Positions 24,701-38,070 of a DNA stretch of 64,000 nucleotides are shown here, piece by piece. The first letter of the stretch is position 1. Each line of letters begins with the position of its first letter. The position numbers and the translations under genes are program-made. Origin of the DNA: Centroscyllium fabricii (Eukaryota); contig JBNRSN020000003.1 in assembly GCA_051313645.2 (NCBI GenBank), positions 63,178,001 to 63,242,000 of the forward strand, given 5' to 3'. The notes beneath the pieces are model-generated. The model had not been told where the DNA came from. It saw only the letters and a list, made by a program, of their open reading frames with translations, and made no database searches.

Positions 24701-27559
24701 TCGGATTCTGGAAACATTTTTACTTTTCTCCGGCCGCCTGGGGACAAAAAAAAAATGTTGCTGCAGGAAATGTTCCAGAACCGAAAAATGCTGACGGTTC
24801 TTTTGAGGATGGTGGTGTAGCCAACACTGAACAGGTCTTGGCAAAGCGCACCCATTCGGTAAGCGGTCAACTGCTGGGTTGGTTTCCCAGCTCCCTGCCT
24901 CAGTTTCTGCTGGAAACTTATTTACTCAAAGTATATTTCCCGCTGACAATCGCAGCCATGTGTCCGCTCGCTGCCGCCAGCGCAAGGGGCTGAGCACAAC
25001 TGTGAAATCCACTCAAAGCTTTGGAAATTCATTTCTGCTCCTGGTCATCAGTTCAGATGAAATAAAACCTAACAGAAAATGGAACAACCCCCCTCCCACC
25101 CCCACCAACCCCAGATCCTCAGCACCGAATCTATTTTCGTTATTTAGACGGGACTTGTTCAAATTTTAAAAGGACATGTGCGTCCCTGAAAAAATAAACT
25201 AGACACGAAATAAAACTTAAATGACAGAATCACAAGTGTGTCTGTATTTAAACCTTTCTTCCCCGGTCCTTGTTAATGATTCCTTCTGTTTTATCTTGTC
25301 CCTGCACTTTGCTCTCCCTATTCGTTGCATCTTTATCAAAGTTCTCCATCACCGCCTCCCCCCCCCCCCCCCCCACCTTTCCAGGTTTTCTTCCCCCTTC
25401 GCTTTCGAACATACGAACCTGTACAGATATCGGTGAGTTTGTTCCGACGTGAGACCCCCACAGCGGTATAAGAAGTCATAAATGGAGCCGGTTATCAATC
25501 ACTCGGCTGCCAGTACCAGCCCGCAGTAAACAGCGAATAATAAAACCAATGATCTCTCTATAACACAAAATATACTTAACCGCAGCGTTACGTCGATACA
25601 TTTTAATACCCACATAGCATCTCAATTTGAACTGAGTCGCTGAACAGAAAAGTAAGCACAGAGATAATAACCATAACTCTGTTACAGAATTCAAGTAAAA
25701 TGCAACATTTCTAACATGCTATGCCATTAACGACGTGGTTTAAAAAAAAAAAAACCACGTTTAAAAATACAACGAAAAGAATACATTCAGCCCGGGTCCG
25801 CCCAACACCTGAGTCCTTCTCTTCAATGAGGATGCAGCTGTCGGCTTTGCAGAATTGAACTCCACGGTGTGTTTGTTTTTGCGGTTTCTGGTAGTGGTAC
25901 TGTTTTTTTTTTCTAACAGTAGATTGCTCTTCTTTTCCCAGGTTCCAGTTCACGTCCGTTTCCTAATGTTATTGGCGCATATATCTAGATGTAGAGACAG
26001 GCACAAGAGGAGTTCTGAGCCCATCTCGAATGGACTGAAACGAGCAGGTACCCCACACACCAGTCTGGAGCCTCGGGATAGACGCCTGTGTGTCTGGCCG
26101 AGATCAGGATTACAACGCTCTGCTGTGGATCCTATCGCACTCACATTCATTCTGAAGACTGACGTGTCTAAAAGCAGAATTGAATAAATCTGGCCAAGGT
26201 ACAGAGAAAAGAACAAAAATGCACAATCTGCGCCTCGCCGCCTCCTTTGTCTGCTCCTCACTGTAAAGAGCTTTTTAAAAGCTCACTCTTGCATCTGCTT
26301 TAAGGCTTTGCAAATGTTTGGTGCGAGTCATTAAATTGCTGCACGATTAGCCTATTGTACCTTACTTTAACCGACCTTATATAACACCCGTTTTGTACTT
26401 TTATTACCACTTAATAAATTCTCTTAATTGCATCAATTTTGTTTAAAAAAATCAATCACAATCGAGATAAATTGTATCAATGAAGTACACCAGTCTCAAT
26501 TGTGCCTTATTACCCATCTTAAGCATTGTTTTCTTGTGTTAAGTTAAATGTCTTAGAAGTGCTACAATCTCTCTAATACAAACACCATTTGAATGGACTG
26601 GTTCCTACACCCATTACATCTGTACTGTCATCTGCTCTCTATTTCCACTGATATCATTCACAACAGCGGATTCGTTCGGTTGACAGCCAGGTCTAAACCA
26701 GTAGTAAATTAGTACACATTTAAACTGATTTTATTTTAATAATCGTAATAAAAGCTTATAGATTTGGCACTAATTAGATAAATGCCTAATGATCTTGAAA
26801 ATTACTCTGGTTTGAAATATATTACTAACAGAAACTTTGTTGTTGGCTGATTTTGGAAATCAGAATATTAGAAACGGATGGATTCACATGTTTTCACAGT
26901 TCTGTAAACTGTTCAAGCGGCGATAAAGTTGTTAAAATCCATATTATTGATCATTTCCCGATTTTTTTTTCAATACACAAGGCTTGAGTTTTGTGCCTCG
27001 TGCGTAAGTTTCCAGAAATATGCCTCGGCTCGAATATTTGTGATGAGTTTAATTGTACGCATATGGTGAGAACCGAGAGCTTTTTCGTGGTATGCAATTA
27101 TTACAGTGCGTCCAGAGCAGGTTGCACATGAAATATAGAAACTCAAAACCTTTTGTCGACCAGATTACACTTGTAAAAGAAAAAGTTGAATTCCTCCACC
27201 CGATGTTGTTATAAAAATATATAGCTTCAACAATATAAGATTGTGGGAGAATAATTCCAGATTTATTGTATGTGTACGTACGATCTGCTATAACATTGTG
27301 ATAACATCAATATTTAACTCTGAATCATAATAGATCACATTAAGGGATAGGAAAGGGAAGTGAGCAGATAAGGTATAGTTGGATAAATATAATTCCTGTA
27401 ATATTGGCTTTATTATGTTTGGTTTGTATCTATTATCCAAATTAGAACAGGTCATTTAAAGGCATAATATTTGACGTTGAAAGCTAATAAATCAGATTTA
27501 GAAAGCAGAAATAGAATTGTAAATGCCCCGAGTGCTTTCTGAGTGGTTGGAGAGAGCTG

Positions 27560-27808
27560 CCTTGAGGCATGCGTAATGGAGTCTCACTTTGCGCTGACAT
27601 TTGCAACGTTGAGTTTTGATTGGCCCCTGATTTGGGGCTGCTCATGGGCTCATTCAACTGTTAAGCACCACCCCGTCCTTCGAAAGGAGATTATAATGCA
27701 AGAGACCCCCTTTTACAACAAACAGAAATTTGTAGTTTTTTTTTTGTATTTTTTAAAAAAAACACCTCTCCGGTTTTCAGGGGGACTCTCACCCTGGAGC
27801 GGTGCGCC
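27560..27808 (+). promoter_or_regulatory. OTP proximal promoter and 5' UTR
   Basis: Directly upstream of the start codon; reverse CCAAT (GATTGG near 27618), TATA-like TTATAAT near 27691, Kozak-like GCGCCATG. Confidence 0.55.
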
Positions 27809-27845
27809 ATGCTCTCTCACGCCGACCTCCTGGACGCTCGCCTGG
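27809..27845 (+). CDS. OTP: Orthopedia homeobox, exon 1
   Basis: MLSHADLLDARL-G|gtgagt, the vertebrate OTP N-terminus; too short for the ORF track. Confidence 0.95.
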
Positions 27846-28191
27846 GTGAGTGTTGGCGTAAAACTCCCATCCAAAAGGCAAATCTCCCTCTCTCTAGGAA
27901 CGAGCCACCGGGGGCTGCTGCATAGCGGCTTCCACTCACAGGCTCCTCGTTATTCCGCTTTAATGCAGCGAAAATGAGTTAATTCTATCTAAAAGTAATT
28001 ATTTTAGTTTCAAATTACTGCAATAATTTGATTTAGAATCAATCTAAGAGAATTGTGCTTGTTATTTGAGTTAGGGAAATCTATCACTGATAATTAACAA
28101 CTGGTGGAAAGTTTATTTTCCCCTGTTTTTCTCTGTTTTTGGGGATCATTATCTGATTTGTGTTTTTGTTTTGTTTTGTTTTCTTTACCAG

Positions 28192-28601
28192 GGATGAAAG
28201 ATGCGGCGGCTGAATTGCTCGGGCACCGGGAGGCGGTCAAGTGCCGGATGGGGCCCGGGGGCTCGGAGTCGGGCCACCCAGGCGATTGCCCTCCGGGCTC
28301 AGACACGGTGGAAGGTGCGACCCTCCTTCCGGGGGAAGGCATCACCTCGGCCGGAGCGAACCCGGGAGGAGGAGGAGGAGGAGGAGGCTCGGGCGGCGGC
28401 AAAGACCCGGACAAACAGCAGCAACAACAGCAGCAGCAGCAACAGCAGCAACAACAGCAGAAACAGAAGAGGCACCGGACCCGCTTCACCCCGGCTCAGC
28501 TCAACGAACTGGAGAGGAGCTTCGCCAAAACCCACTACCCCGACATCTTCATGAGGGAGGAACTGGCTCTGCGCATCGGCCTGACCGAGTCCAGAGTACA
28601 G
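28192..28601 (+). CDS. OTP: Orthopedia homeobox, exon 2 (most of the homeodomain)
   Basis: ttaccag|(G)[18 protein letters not shown]...[47 protein letters not shown]|gtaaga; phase fits exon 1. Confidence 0.98.
28365..28460 (+). repeat. Coding (GGA)n polyglycine and (CAG/CAA)15 polyglutamine tracts in OTP
   Basis: G8-S-G3 at 28365-28400, Q15 at 28416-28460. Confidence 0.95.
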
Positions 28602-31600
28602 GTAAGAAAAACGCGGCCACATCTCCCCAGAAATGCAAGCAATCCCTCTGGGGTGAAGGAAGGGAGTGCGGTGGGGGGTGCGATAAGGAAATAAACAATC
28701 CCATTTCCAAAATGGGAACGAAAATTGTGTACGAAGTGTGAAATCCTTATTTCCTTAAGCTTCCCCCTTAAGGTTACTTTTAACGAGGTTGTAGTATTCC
28801 TATCAAATTCTGGCAAAAAGTCAAGGCAACATTTGCAGACTTTGAAACTATTTGATCAGCGTTTGAGTGCTACACCTTTGGTCTGTACAACAACGAATGC
28901 AGAGGGGGAATAAAGGAGCCTTTTTAAACCCCACTATTTAACTCTATTTGATTTTAATTTTCTAATGGATAATATGTTGGTTTTTTTTTCTGGCTTATTT
29001 CATTCAGCGAGGGAACAAATTAATCTCTCGCTTGTCACATTTCCTTCATTTTTTTGCTTTGGGTGAAGAAATAGGCAGACTTTTGAAGATGTTGAATATT
29101 AGAAAAGGTAATCAAATCATTGGAAGGATAAAGGACCTAAATGCAGAAAGTGCAGGTTGCTGTTGAAAAGTAAAGCGGGCGATAACACGAGTAAAATAAC
29201 AAGCGGCCAGGCGATTTCAAGAACGTAGAACTGAAGAGATGTCAGCAGAATTTGACAAGGTTTCGGGTTATTAACAACCCGTCATCAAGTCAGGATGAAG
29301 ACTGGCTTCTGAAAGATAGAAGTTGAAAGACACGCGGTGTCTGTACAAACACAGCATCGGATTTTGGGGAATCTTTCATTCAGTTTCCAGTTAGACGCAT
29401 AATTGTAACAGAGAAGGGGATCGGTTTAATCATTTAATGTGTGTATTTGTTAAACTGGGAAATGTATGAAGTTGGTCTTCAGAATGTCCCTGTTACTACA
29501 ACAACTATACTTTTTTTTTTAAAAAGAAAGAGAACATTAATCTGTTTTAAACCATGAATAATCTTTAAAGCAGGAACACTTGGAACACACTTACATTTAC
29601 TTTTCTATATACTTCGATCTCTGGTCGCTCGCCTCTGCAAAGCGGTTGGAATATATTTCGTTTACAATACCATTGCCAGGCGTGGAATTTTAAATATTTT
29701 CAAAGTTTGCTGAACGTTCAAAAAATGAAGCGAAGTGTTAAACGTTAGAAAGTAAAGATTTGCGTTAAGGTGGAATGCAAAAACGAATCCAAATCAAAGT
29801 AGCAAATCGCATAAAATAAAGTTGAAATTTAAGTTCTCCAAACGTAACACTTGTGAAAATATATTTTAGAATTAGGATGAGCAATAATTGTGTGCATCAT
29901 AGAAAGTTCTGATTAAATTGTCAGACGGTCGCGTTACAGCATAAAATACAAACAGGGTTCGAGTTCATTAGTGGAACTCGGCATCTTCAGCAGTTGAAGG
30001 AGGCTTGCACTATTCAGTCGGCTTCTAGTTCGAACCTTAAGATTTGTGGATGTGGTGTTAAGAATTACAGATGTGCCCGAAATCCTGCGCCTCTTAAAGT
30101 AACGCAAGCCAATGAAACTAGTCTCCGTGCGGCGGTGAACGGTGACTGCAGAAGGAAACTTTTTTTTTGAAGAGACGTGGAGACTTGTGAGTTTCCGGGT
30201 TCTGACGAAAGGTTTGATCGGTAAATCACCCGAAGCGGCTATCTGTAATTACTGCTGCCACTGGCCATTACAACTGCTGGCCAATGATTTAAAATGATAG
30301 CAATTCTAATCTGATGATATAGCAGATAATGGAAAGTGTAAAGAATTACATTTTAGCTGTTTGCACGGAGAAGGCACCTAATAAGTACGGCGCACGTTTT
30401 ATGCACAGGGTAAATAAACGTGACTCAAAAGTTCTGGAGACTCTCGTTCAGTGAATAGAAGATTGCGCAGCAAATCTGAGCAGAATGCCCACCTTTTAAT
30501 TCTGAGTCTTTACAAGTACACAATCCAGAGAGAGCTCAACAGCCCAAACAAACCGTGGCACGGTCAGAAATGACAATAATCAACATTTCGAACAAAGAAA
30601 CGGAACGGGTTCAATTGCACTTTGGCACATGTGGTTTATTACTGGATGACATCTAAACTTTGAACTCAAATCCAGATTGTAGGATTTGAATAAAATTAAT
30701 TATAACAAGACAGAGTTAAATCGAAACGTGCAACATTTGATATAAAAGGTTAGTTCAGATTTACCGGGGCTATGAATAGATCCACGGGCTATTTTCGGTA
30801 TTGGGACTTCAATATTTTACGGTTAGAACTCAGGTCTAAATTAGTGTTCAAATATTACAGCCTTCTAATAAACTTGATGTAAAGCGCCTCACGCCGTTAA
30901 AGCTGAAAGTTAAAAAGAACAAATTAAGGGCCCTGTTCAAAATAAAAAAACAGTGTGATTGTACCATAAAGCCACGATGTAGTTCAGTTTTAAATGAATT
31001 TTCAATAGTTTGCCTAAGGGATGACAAATTATAATATTAGCCCTGAACTTGTGTTTAGTTTTAAACATTAAGCGAAGGGACGCCTGTGACTGGTCACAAT
31101 ATGCTTACACTCGTATTTACAGCGAGATTGCCACAGATTACAATTTTCGAATTTGGGTAGACTACTCCGCTGATAGTGATCATATTTATTCATTTATTTA
31201 GGAAAACAAATGGGTTTCATATTTTGGCCGAATTTACACAAAATGTGAACGCATTATTAATGATCAATTCTGTTGAAAGATATTTGAAAAATATTTCCAT
31301 TGCACCTTACTGCCGAGATCAATTTTCTCAAACGCGGGACAATTCTTCCGTTTGTTGTGAATTATTATGTGCGGTTTTTGCAGAGGTGTGCCAACCCGTG
31401 TTTATATAATCGGTCTCTTTCCTGGGTTTAATAATCTTACGTGTTATTGTTGTTTCTCTTTACCTTTTCTTAACGTTTACCATGAAGTGCGTTCCTGTCA
31501 TTTCCCTCAAAAGGAGACATTATCTAAAGTTTATTCAATTTCCACAGACAACACATTGCAACATAAATCACTTTTCTCTCCAGGAACCCGATGAACAAAA

Positions 31601-34049
31601 GCGAGATGTAAACCCAGTCTCTCTTCATTGTTCCACGTCACACGATTCCTAAGTCACTATAACCAAAAAGGGGGATTTATTATCATTTTACATTCATGCC
31701 ACTCGAATATCGAAATTTATTTATTCACTTAAAATATTTCACACGAACAATTATTGGCAGCCCGTTTCTGAATCATCTGTCGTCTGAAATGGTTTATTAA
31801 ATGACAATGTGAAAATAATGCAAATCATGCAATAAAATACAATATCATCAGCATAATCATTAGTCTCCAGCATGTATTAATTAGCTTTCAATACTTTATT
31901 TACATAAAACCCATATCAGTGAAATAACCGCTGCACAGTGATCCTTGAGATCTCATCTTTTCTTCCTAATTATGTGTTTTAATTCTCAGTACAACCTGCC
32001 TCTCTATATTGTAGATATGCAATGCCCCGTCACCTGCCACATCTTAATAGGCGACAAGTTGAAAGTATTTTCTACTTTTCTAATGGAATGAGAAATTGCA
32101 TTTTCTCTAACACTATTAAAGTGTAATGAATTTCGCTGGGATTTCACGGCTGGCTGGTCAGAGTGAATCTGTGCGCTGAGCACATCGAGCTCGGCTTCAG
32201 ATTTCACACAAAATCCCCGCATTAATCATCACAAATATTACAGTGAGATCTTCATAAACCCAACAGTTTCCTGGAAAATTTAAACATTCTAAACACTATT
32301 TTCTAAAACGACTTCACATCCGTTAAAAGCGTTGCTGTGCCATTCATGGGCTTTTATAAATGGAGGTGGAAAGACAAAAAAATACCTATAGAACCGCTTT
32401 TATCTTAAAAAATGAAATACTAGGCAGCAGTCAGATCGTCTTACTTGCAGTGACAATAGCTGTTTTTGGTCTGTATCGATTTTTTTTGCACAAAGTACCC
32501 TTCTTAACTCAAAATTTAATTTAATATAAATGCCTATTTATTTCCCAGACTGTACCATTTAACGTACAGATGAATTCTATTGTTATTGTCGCCCTCTGTA
32601 AGACCTGATCTTGATTACAACCTGTCGACCATTCTTTCGATACTATTTGCATTCTGGTGATAAATAACTGAGCATTATCTATTACACACTTGGTTCTAAA
32701 TTATTTCACAGCTATTGCAAAATTAACATAAATTAATCTTGCATAATTTGTACGGTTCATTTTTCTTGCCCATCTTGCATTTTATATTAGATGGAATAGA
32801 ATAATTCGTATTTTCGAAATCAAGATATAGATAGCTCGTATTTCAATCCCAGAAGCAGGGTGTCGCCTCACTGAATTCTCCGGATTTTCTAAAGGTTAAT
32901 GGGTAATGATTTAAGACACCCCCTTTCTTGAAAAAAAATTGTGCTGTTTTGAACACCGCTTGTTTCAGTTCTACTTCTTACATTTATTGCACAGATGCTC
33001 ACTTTTGAGTGCATTCCTCTTACTTGCATATCGTCTTTAATGTTGGGAAGTTAAATACAACCTTTCTCAACGACACCACCCTTCCGACACCTCGAATGAC
33101 TGCAGGACAGGTTCAACATCGTATGTGTCCCATATGTTAAATATCCCGGCTGTTGCCTCTTTCCGGGTGGAAATTGCAAGATAGAATGACAGTATTGCAA
33201 TTCAAAATCTTTCTAAAGGATATTGAATTTATTTCATCCGCCGTTTAATTGTATATCTATTTGTGTCGAAGTGGAGTTCTCTGTTCTAACGATAATCGAT
33301 TAATTACAAGGCAACTTTAGAAAGTTGTAAAAGTACACACAATACTTGGAGGACACACAATACATGGTGAAGGACTCGCCTTGAGCTCCAACAGGCTCTT
33401 CAGCCCTTCCAAGATAAACTGATGCGATTACTTCCCCGCCTCCAGAACAACCTTTTTTTCTCCATGTGGTAGAATGAATTTGCTCTGCTTTAAGTGTTTG
33501 ATGCCTAATTGTGTCCTTAACACATTTTTTCACATTTCCTATTTTCCCAGTTGTACCAGATCCAACACCTTTCCCTCTTTCTCACCAGGCAAATTATTAT
33601 TTTTGTTGTTGTGGGAGTTGAGAGCTCCCCTCCCCACACGTGGCAAAAATAAGTCGTCGTCCCCACCCCTCAGATAATAAGAAATTAGAGATTATTTTCT
33701 GGAGATTGGAACATACATTTGGTTCTTATGTAATCCCATAGTTTGGTTCAATCGGTGCAATTGGGCACTCTCCAGCTCTTGAGCGCGGGCTGAAAGTGAA
33801 GGGTGCAGCGTTTGGTTCGGTCAGTTAAACATTGAGCCCCCGCCCCCTCCCCCAGCCTTGCTTTTCATGTGCTCCCTGTAAAACGAATGAGCAATTCTCC
33901 ACCAACCTCCCTCATTAGCACACTCTGGGAGCCCATCATCCGATTATGTTAAGAGAATATTCTGTAATCTGTAATGTGGATCCAGCCCAGTTTTGTATTA
34001 CCCCGGCTGACACTTGCAGACTCTCTCTTTGCTCCCAGTTGTCTCACTA

Positions 34050-34710
34050 GCAACAACAACAACAACTTGTATTTATATAGCGCCTTTAATGTCGTAAAAC
34101 GTCCCAAGGTGCTTGACAGGAGTATTCTAAGACAAATAATTTGACACCGAGCCACCTAAGGAGAAATTACAAATAAACAGCAAACGCTGGAGAAATTCAG
34201 CCGGCCAGGCAGCATCGCAGTATTTTGCTATCGTAAGGAGAAATTAGGGGCAGGTAATCAAAAGCTTGGTCAAAGAGGTAGGTTTTAAGGAGCGTCTTAA
34301 AAGAAGGAAAGTGAGGTGGAGAGGTTTAGGCAGGGAATTCCAGAGCCTAGGGCCTTGGCAGCTGAAGGTACGGCCACCAATGGTTCAGCGATTATAATCA
34401 GGGCTGCTCAAGAGGGCAGAATTAGAGGAGCGCAGATATCTCAGGGGGTTGTGGGGCTGGAGGAGGTTACAGAGATAGGGAGGGGCGAGGCCATGGAGCG
34501 ATTCGAAAACAAGGATGATAATTTTGAAATTGAGGCGCTGCTTAACCAGGAGCCAATGTAGGTCAGCGAGCACAGGGGGGGATGGGCGAATGGGACTTGG
34601 TGCGAGTTAGGACACGGGCAGCCGAGTTTTGGATCACCTGAAACTTATGTAGAGTAGAATGTGGGAGGCCAGCCAGGAGTGCATTGGAATAGTCAAGTCT
34701 AGAGGACATG
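34050..34710 (-). mobile_element. L2 LINE 3' fragment in OTP intron 2, with a small Penelope-like remnant at about 34170-34232
   Basis: SSRLDYSNALLAGLP...IQNSAARVLTRTK...LADLHWLLVKQRLNFKI; tail GGCGCTATATAAATACAAG(TTG)n. Confidence 0.9.
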
Positions 34711-34821
34711 AATGAGGTATCACCAAGGACTGATAGTGACAGGATGAATGCCCCTCTCTGGTGTTGTGTCATTCTGTTTCATTCCTTTCTGATCGCCATC
34801 CCCTCTATGCTCTGCTTTCAG

Positions 34822-35325
34822 GTTTGGTTTCAGAACAGACGCGCCAAGTGGAAGAAGCGAAAGAAGACCACCAACGTGTTCCGTTCTCCCGGCACGCTGC
34901 TGCCGACGCCAGGACTGCCCCAGTTCCCAGGTGCGGGCATGGGCGACGGCCTCTGCTCTTTCCACGCCAACGACACCCGCTGGGCCACGGCCGGCATGGG
35001 GGTGTCGCAGCTGCAGCTGCCCCCAGCCCTGGGCCGGCAGCAGGCCATGGCTCAGTCTCTGTCCCAGTGCAGCCTCGGAGGGCCCCCCAACTCCATGGGT
35101 CTTTCCAACAGCCTCGCCGGCGCCAACGGCGGGGGCCTGCAGTCCCACATCTACCAGCCCACTTTCCCTGGCATGGTGCCCGCCTCTCTGGCCGGCCCCA
35201 GCAACGTGACGGGCAGTTCGTCGCAGCTCTGCAGCTCGCCGGACAGCGACGTGTGGCGGGGGACCAGCATCGCATCCCTGCGCCGCAAAGCACTCGAGCA
35301 CACAGTCTCCATGAGCTTCACCTAA
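34822..35325 (+). CDS. OTP: Orthopedia homeobox, exon 3 (end of helix 3 and OAR domain)
   Basis: tttcag|VWFQNRRAKWKKRKKTTNVFR...WRGTSIASLRRKALEHTVSMSFT*; spliced protein 316 aa. Confidence 0.98.
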   Translation, partial: VWFQNRRAKWKKRKKTTNVFRSPGTLLPTPGLPQFPGAGMGDGLCSFHANDTRWATAGMGVSQLQLPPALGRQQAMAQSLSQCSLGGPPNSMGLSNSLAGANGGGLQSHIYQPTFPGMVPASLAGPSNVTGSSSQLCSSPDSDVWRGTSIASLRRKALEHTVSMSFT

Positions 35326-35821
35326 TGCAGCTCTCCCCCTTCTCTCCAGCAGCCAGGGAGCTCGACTCAGGATTTGAAATACATCCTTCAGTACCCACAC
35401 GCGAATAGGAGGTGGGAGGGCGAGGGAGGGTGGTTGGTCAAACTCTAAAATACTAATCGGTAAAGAACACACTAGAGGCACCAGGGACAACGCGAACACA
35501 ACATGGACTCAACTTCAAGAACTCTGATCAACGGCGGTGATCTGGAACTCTGAGCTGCCTCGTCGTTCTGAATTACATTTCCAGATCACCAGACCTGACC
35601 TGTTGCAATAACACGTTAAATCACACAAAGAAGGAGCTCTGACCAACTTTAGGGGATCTTTTTATTTGCTTTTTGAATTTCTGCACATTTGTATTCGTAA
35701 TATATATATAGAATTAATATATAATTAGCGGGCAGGGTTCACCAGCCCGGTCTTAATACATTTTCATGCACTTCACGGCCATTGCCGATGCGCCATTCTC
35801 CGATTTCCTGACTGTTCTTGT

Positions 35822-35992
35822 CTAAGACACAGGAGCAGGAGGAGGCCATTCAGCCCCTCGAGTCTGTTCCGCCATTCAATGAGACCCTGGCTGATCTGTA
35901 CCTCATCCCCATTTGTCCGCCTTGGTTCCATATCCCTTGATATCCCTACCCAACAAACAAAAATCTATCTCATTTATGAAAATTTCAATTGA
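35822..35992 (-). mobile_element. CR1 3' tail fragment within the probable OTP 3' UTR
   Basis: AGGAGCAGGAGGAGGCCATTCAGCCCCTCGAG...CCATTCAATGAGA. Confidence 0.75.
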
Positions 35993-36653
35993 CCGAGACT
36001 CAAGACCCTCGATTACATAAATACAGAGGCTGGACGGTCAATGTATCGCTGATATTGGCCCACACAGTGTTGCCTCTGTATCTTGAACAATTGGCTGGAC
36101 AAAAATGCCTTTTGATTTGCAATGCAGCGAGGATCTTGTTTTCGCCGTAGAGACCACACTCTAGTCTTGCACTTCAGCGGCCAGGTTAAGACGAGGGGAC
36201 ACTACAAGAACAGGTATTGACTAATACAGTATTTTCTCAATGCACTATGTTCAAGCCTTCGGGAGGCTTGTTTCTCCTTGGTCGTAGCTCATGATTTGGG
36301 TGATTTTTTTCTTTTTTGAGGGGGAGGGGGGGGGGGGGGGGGTTAAAATATAAGAAATTCTTCAGTCAACAAAACAAAATGCCACCTGCACAGCATGCAG
36401 AGGGGGAGGTTATCAGCATGCAATGTGCACGTGTGTATTTCGAACCCTGGAACCACATAATCCACAACCCACACCTTCGCCTGCATGAACTGGTCAGAAT
36501 CAACCATCGGGCGGAAGCCTCATGTGAACAAAATGATCCAAGCTGTGATATAGGATGTTTTTTGTGTAGAATAACCATTCTGGTTATACATTGGTCAATA
36601 TGTGATATGTTTTAACTTACTGTCTGTGCTTATTTATTGAACATAGATTTCCT

Positions 36654-36903
36654 AATAAATGTTTGATCTGTTATTGAATATTATTTTTTTTTTGCGCTAA
36701 GTTAAAAATTATTCTCATTGTAAAACAAAACAAAAAAAACCTTGCATTTTGAATATGTAATATACAATATCCTCTTCACATGTTCGGAGTGTGTGATCTT
36801 GGCTTAACATTCCCTTTCTGAGAACTCGCGATTATCCTCTGTGCCTTTTTAACTGTCAGCTGCAGTTCTCAATCTAGAAGGCACTGTTTGCTGTTTAAAT
36901 AAA
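36654..36903 (+). terminator. Candidate OTP polyadenylation signals
   Basis: AATAAA at 36654-36659 and 36898-36903 after an AU-rich UTR-like tract. Confidence 0.45.
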
Positions 36904-38070
36904 GTGTTAGAACTAGCAAAGCTATCGCGGTTATGTTTATTATCAAACGACCACAAATTGATACGTGGCAATTCATAACTGTTAAAAATTCCACGCACTG
37001 GTTAATTGTTGTCTAGGCTTTCAGCATACTAAATATTGATTGTAAAAATGACAGTTAAAAGAGCACAGAAGTATAAGAATGTCTTTTCTGTTACTCACTG
37101 CCCAATTTAGCAACTAAGTGATGGTTATTATTTTCAAATGTTTTTAATACACAATGTGTATTAAACCTGTAACGGAATTTATATGAAAAGCTCTATGATT
37201 TCATGTACAGTTATTTGTATTTAGAGACGTCAGAAGCGTTAAAAAGTGAAACTCGAGCTGTGGAAATTCAATAAATGAATTGAATAAAAACAAATGCAAT
37301 GCATTGCAGGAAAAAAAAACAAAGTTTCGACGTTACAGTTTTTGCACAACCTTTTCACCCGTGTTTCACCAACAAGTGACGAGAGCAGAACAACAGAGCA
37401 GGCGGATTGTTACCTCAGCATATCGTGAAAGGAGACAAACATGTGTTTTTTTTAAAGTCTTCTATTACGGGGAGAGTTCAGTAAAACTCCAGCTCATACA
37501 AAGCATGTGAAGTTAGTTTTTGCCAAGAATGGGTAACCAACATACTACATCAAAATGAAACCAAGAGTAAGTGAGCGGGGTGCTGTTCAAGGGTGATTTT
37601 TTTTTTAACATTCGCTGCTTTCAAACGCACCGGAACATTGTACCTATCAGTTTCTTTGCACTTTTAGTTTTCGACATAGTCTTGTGTATCTTTGCAGCCT
37701 TCTGAAGATTTTGCACGTATTGTCTTCAAATAAGTTTTGAATGCTGAAGTGTCAAGTTTTATATGTCCATTAATAAAGACGGCAGCTGATCTTTGTAGTG
37801 CTACTCATTTGACGTTTCTCCAGTTACCTGCACGCAACACCGAGGCAGATTTTAACTTGCAACACAGGTGGATGTTTTGAGCGATTGCTAATGGCTTTCA
37901 ATCCGCAGATTCTATGCGAGACATCGCACAGCAGATGCTGCGGTGGCATTACCGAGGGGTTCAGGTCGAAGATCTATAGTTTATCTTCCCAGTGCAACTG
38001 TTGGGGATCAGTGGACCATTAGTTGATAAAGGGGCCGAACTAGAAATTGACGCACCAATTGAAAAAAACA

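Noticed and set aside
28094-28741. Poly-Cys, poly-Leu and other alternative-frame ORFs over OTP exon 2
   Set aside because: Alternative readings of the CAG/CAA and GGA repeats; the 28104 ORF start and post-28601 tail are intronic
30196-30240. Possible hammerhead core TTCTGACGAAAGG
   Set aside because: No matching helix II followed by GAAA
34720-35499. 259-aa antisense ORF and other overlapping frames across OTP exon 3
   Set aside because: By-product of GC-rich codon usage in the real exon; no recognisable domain
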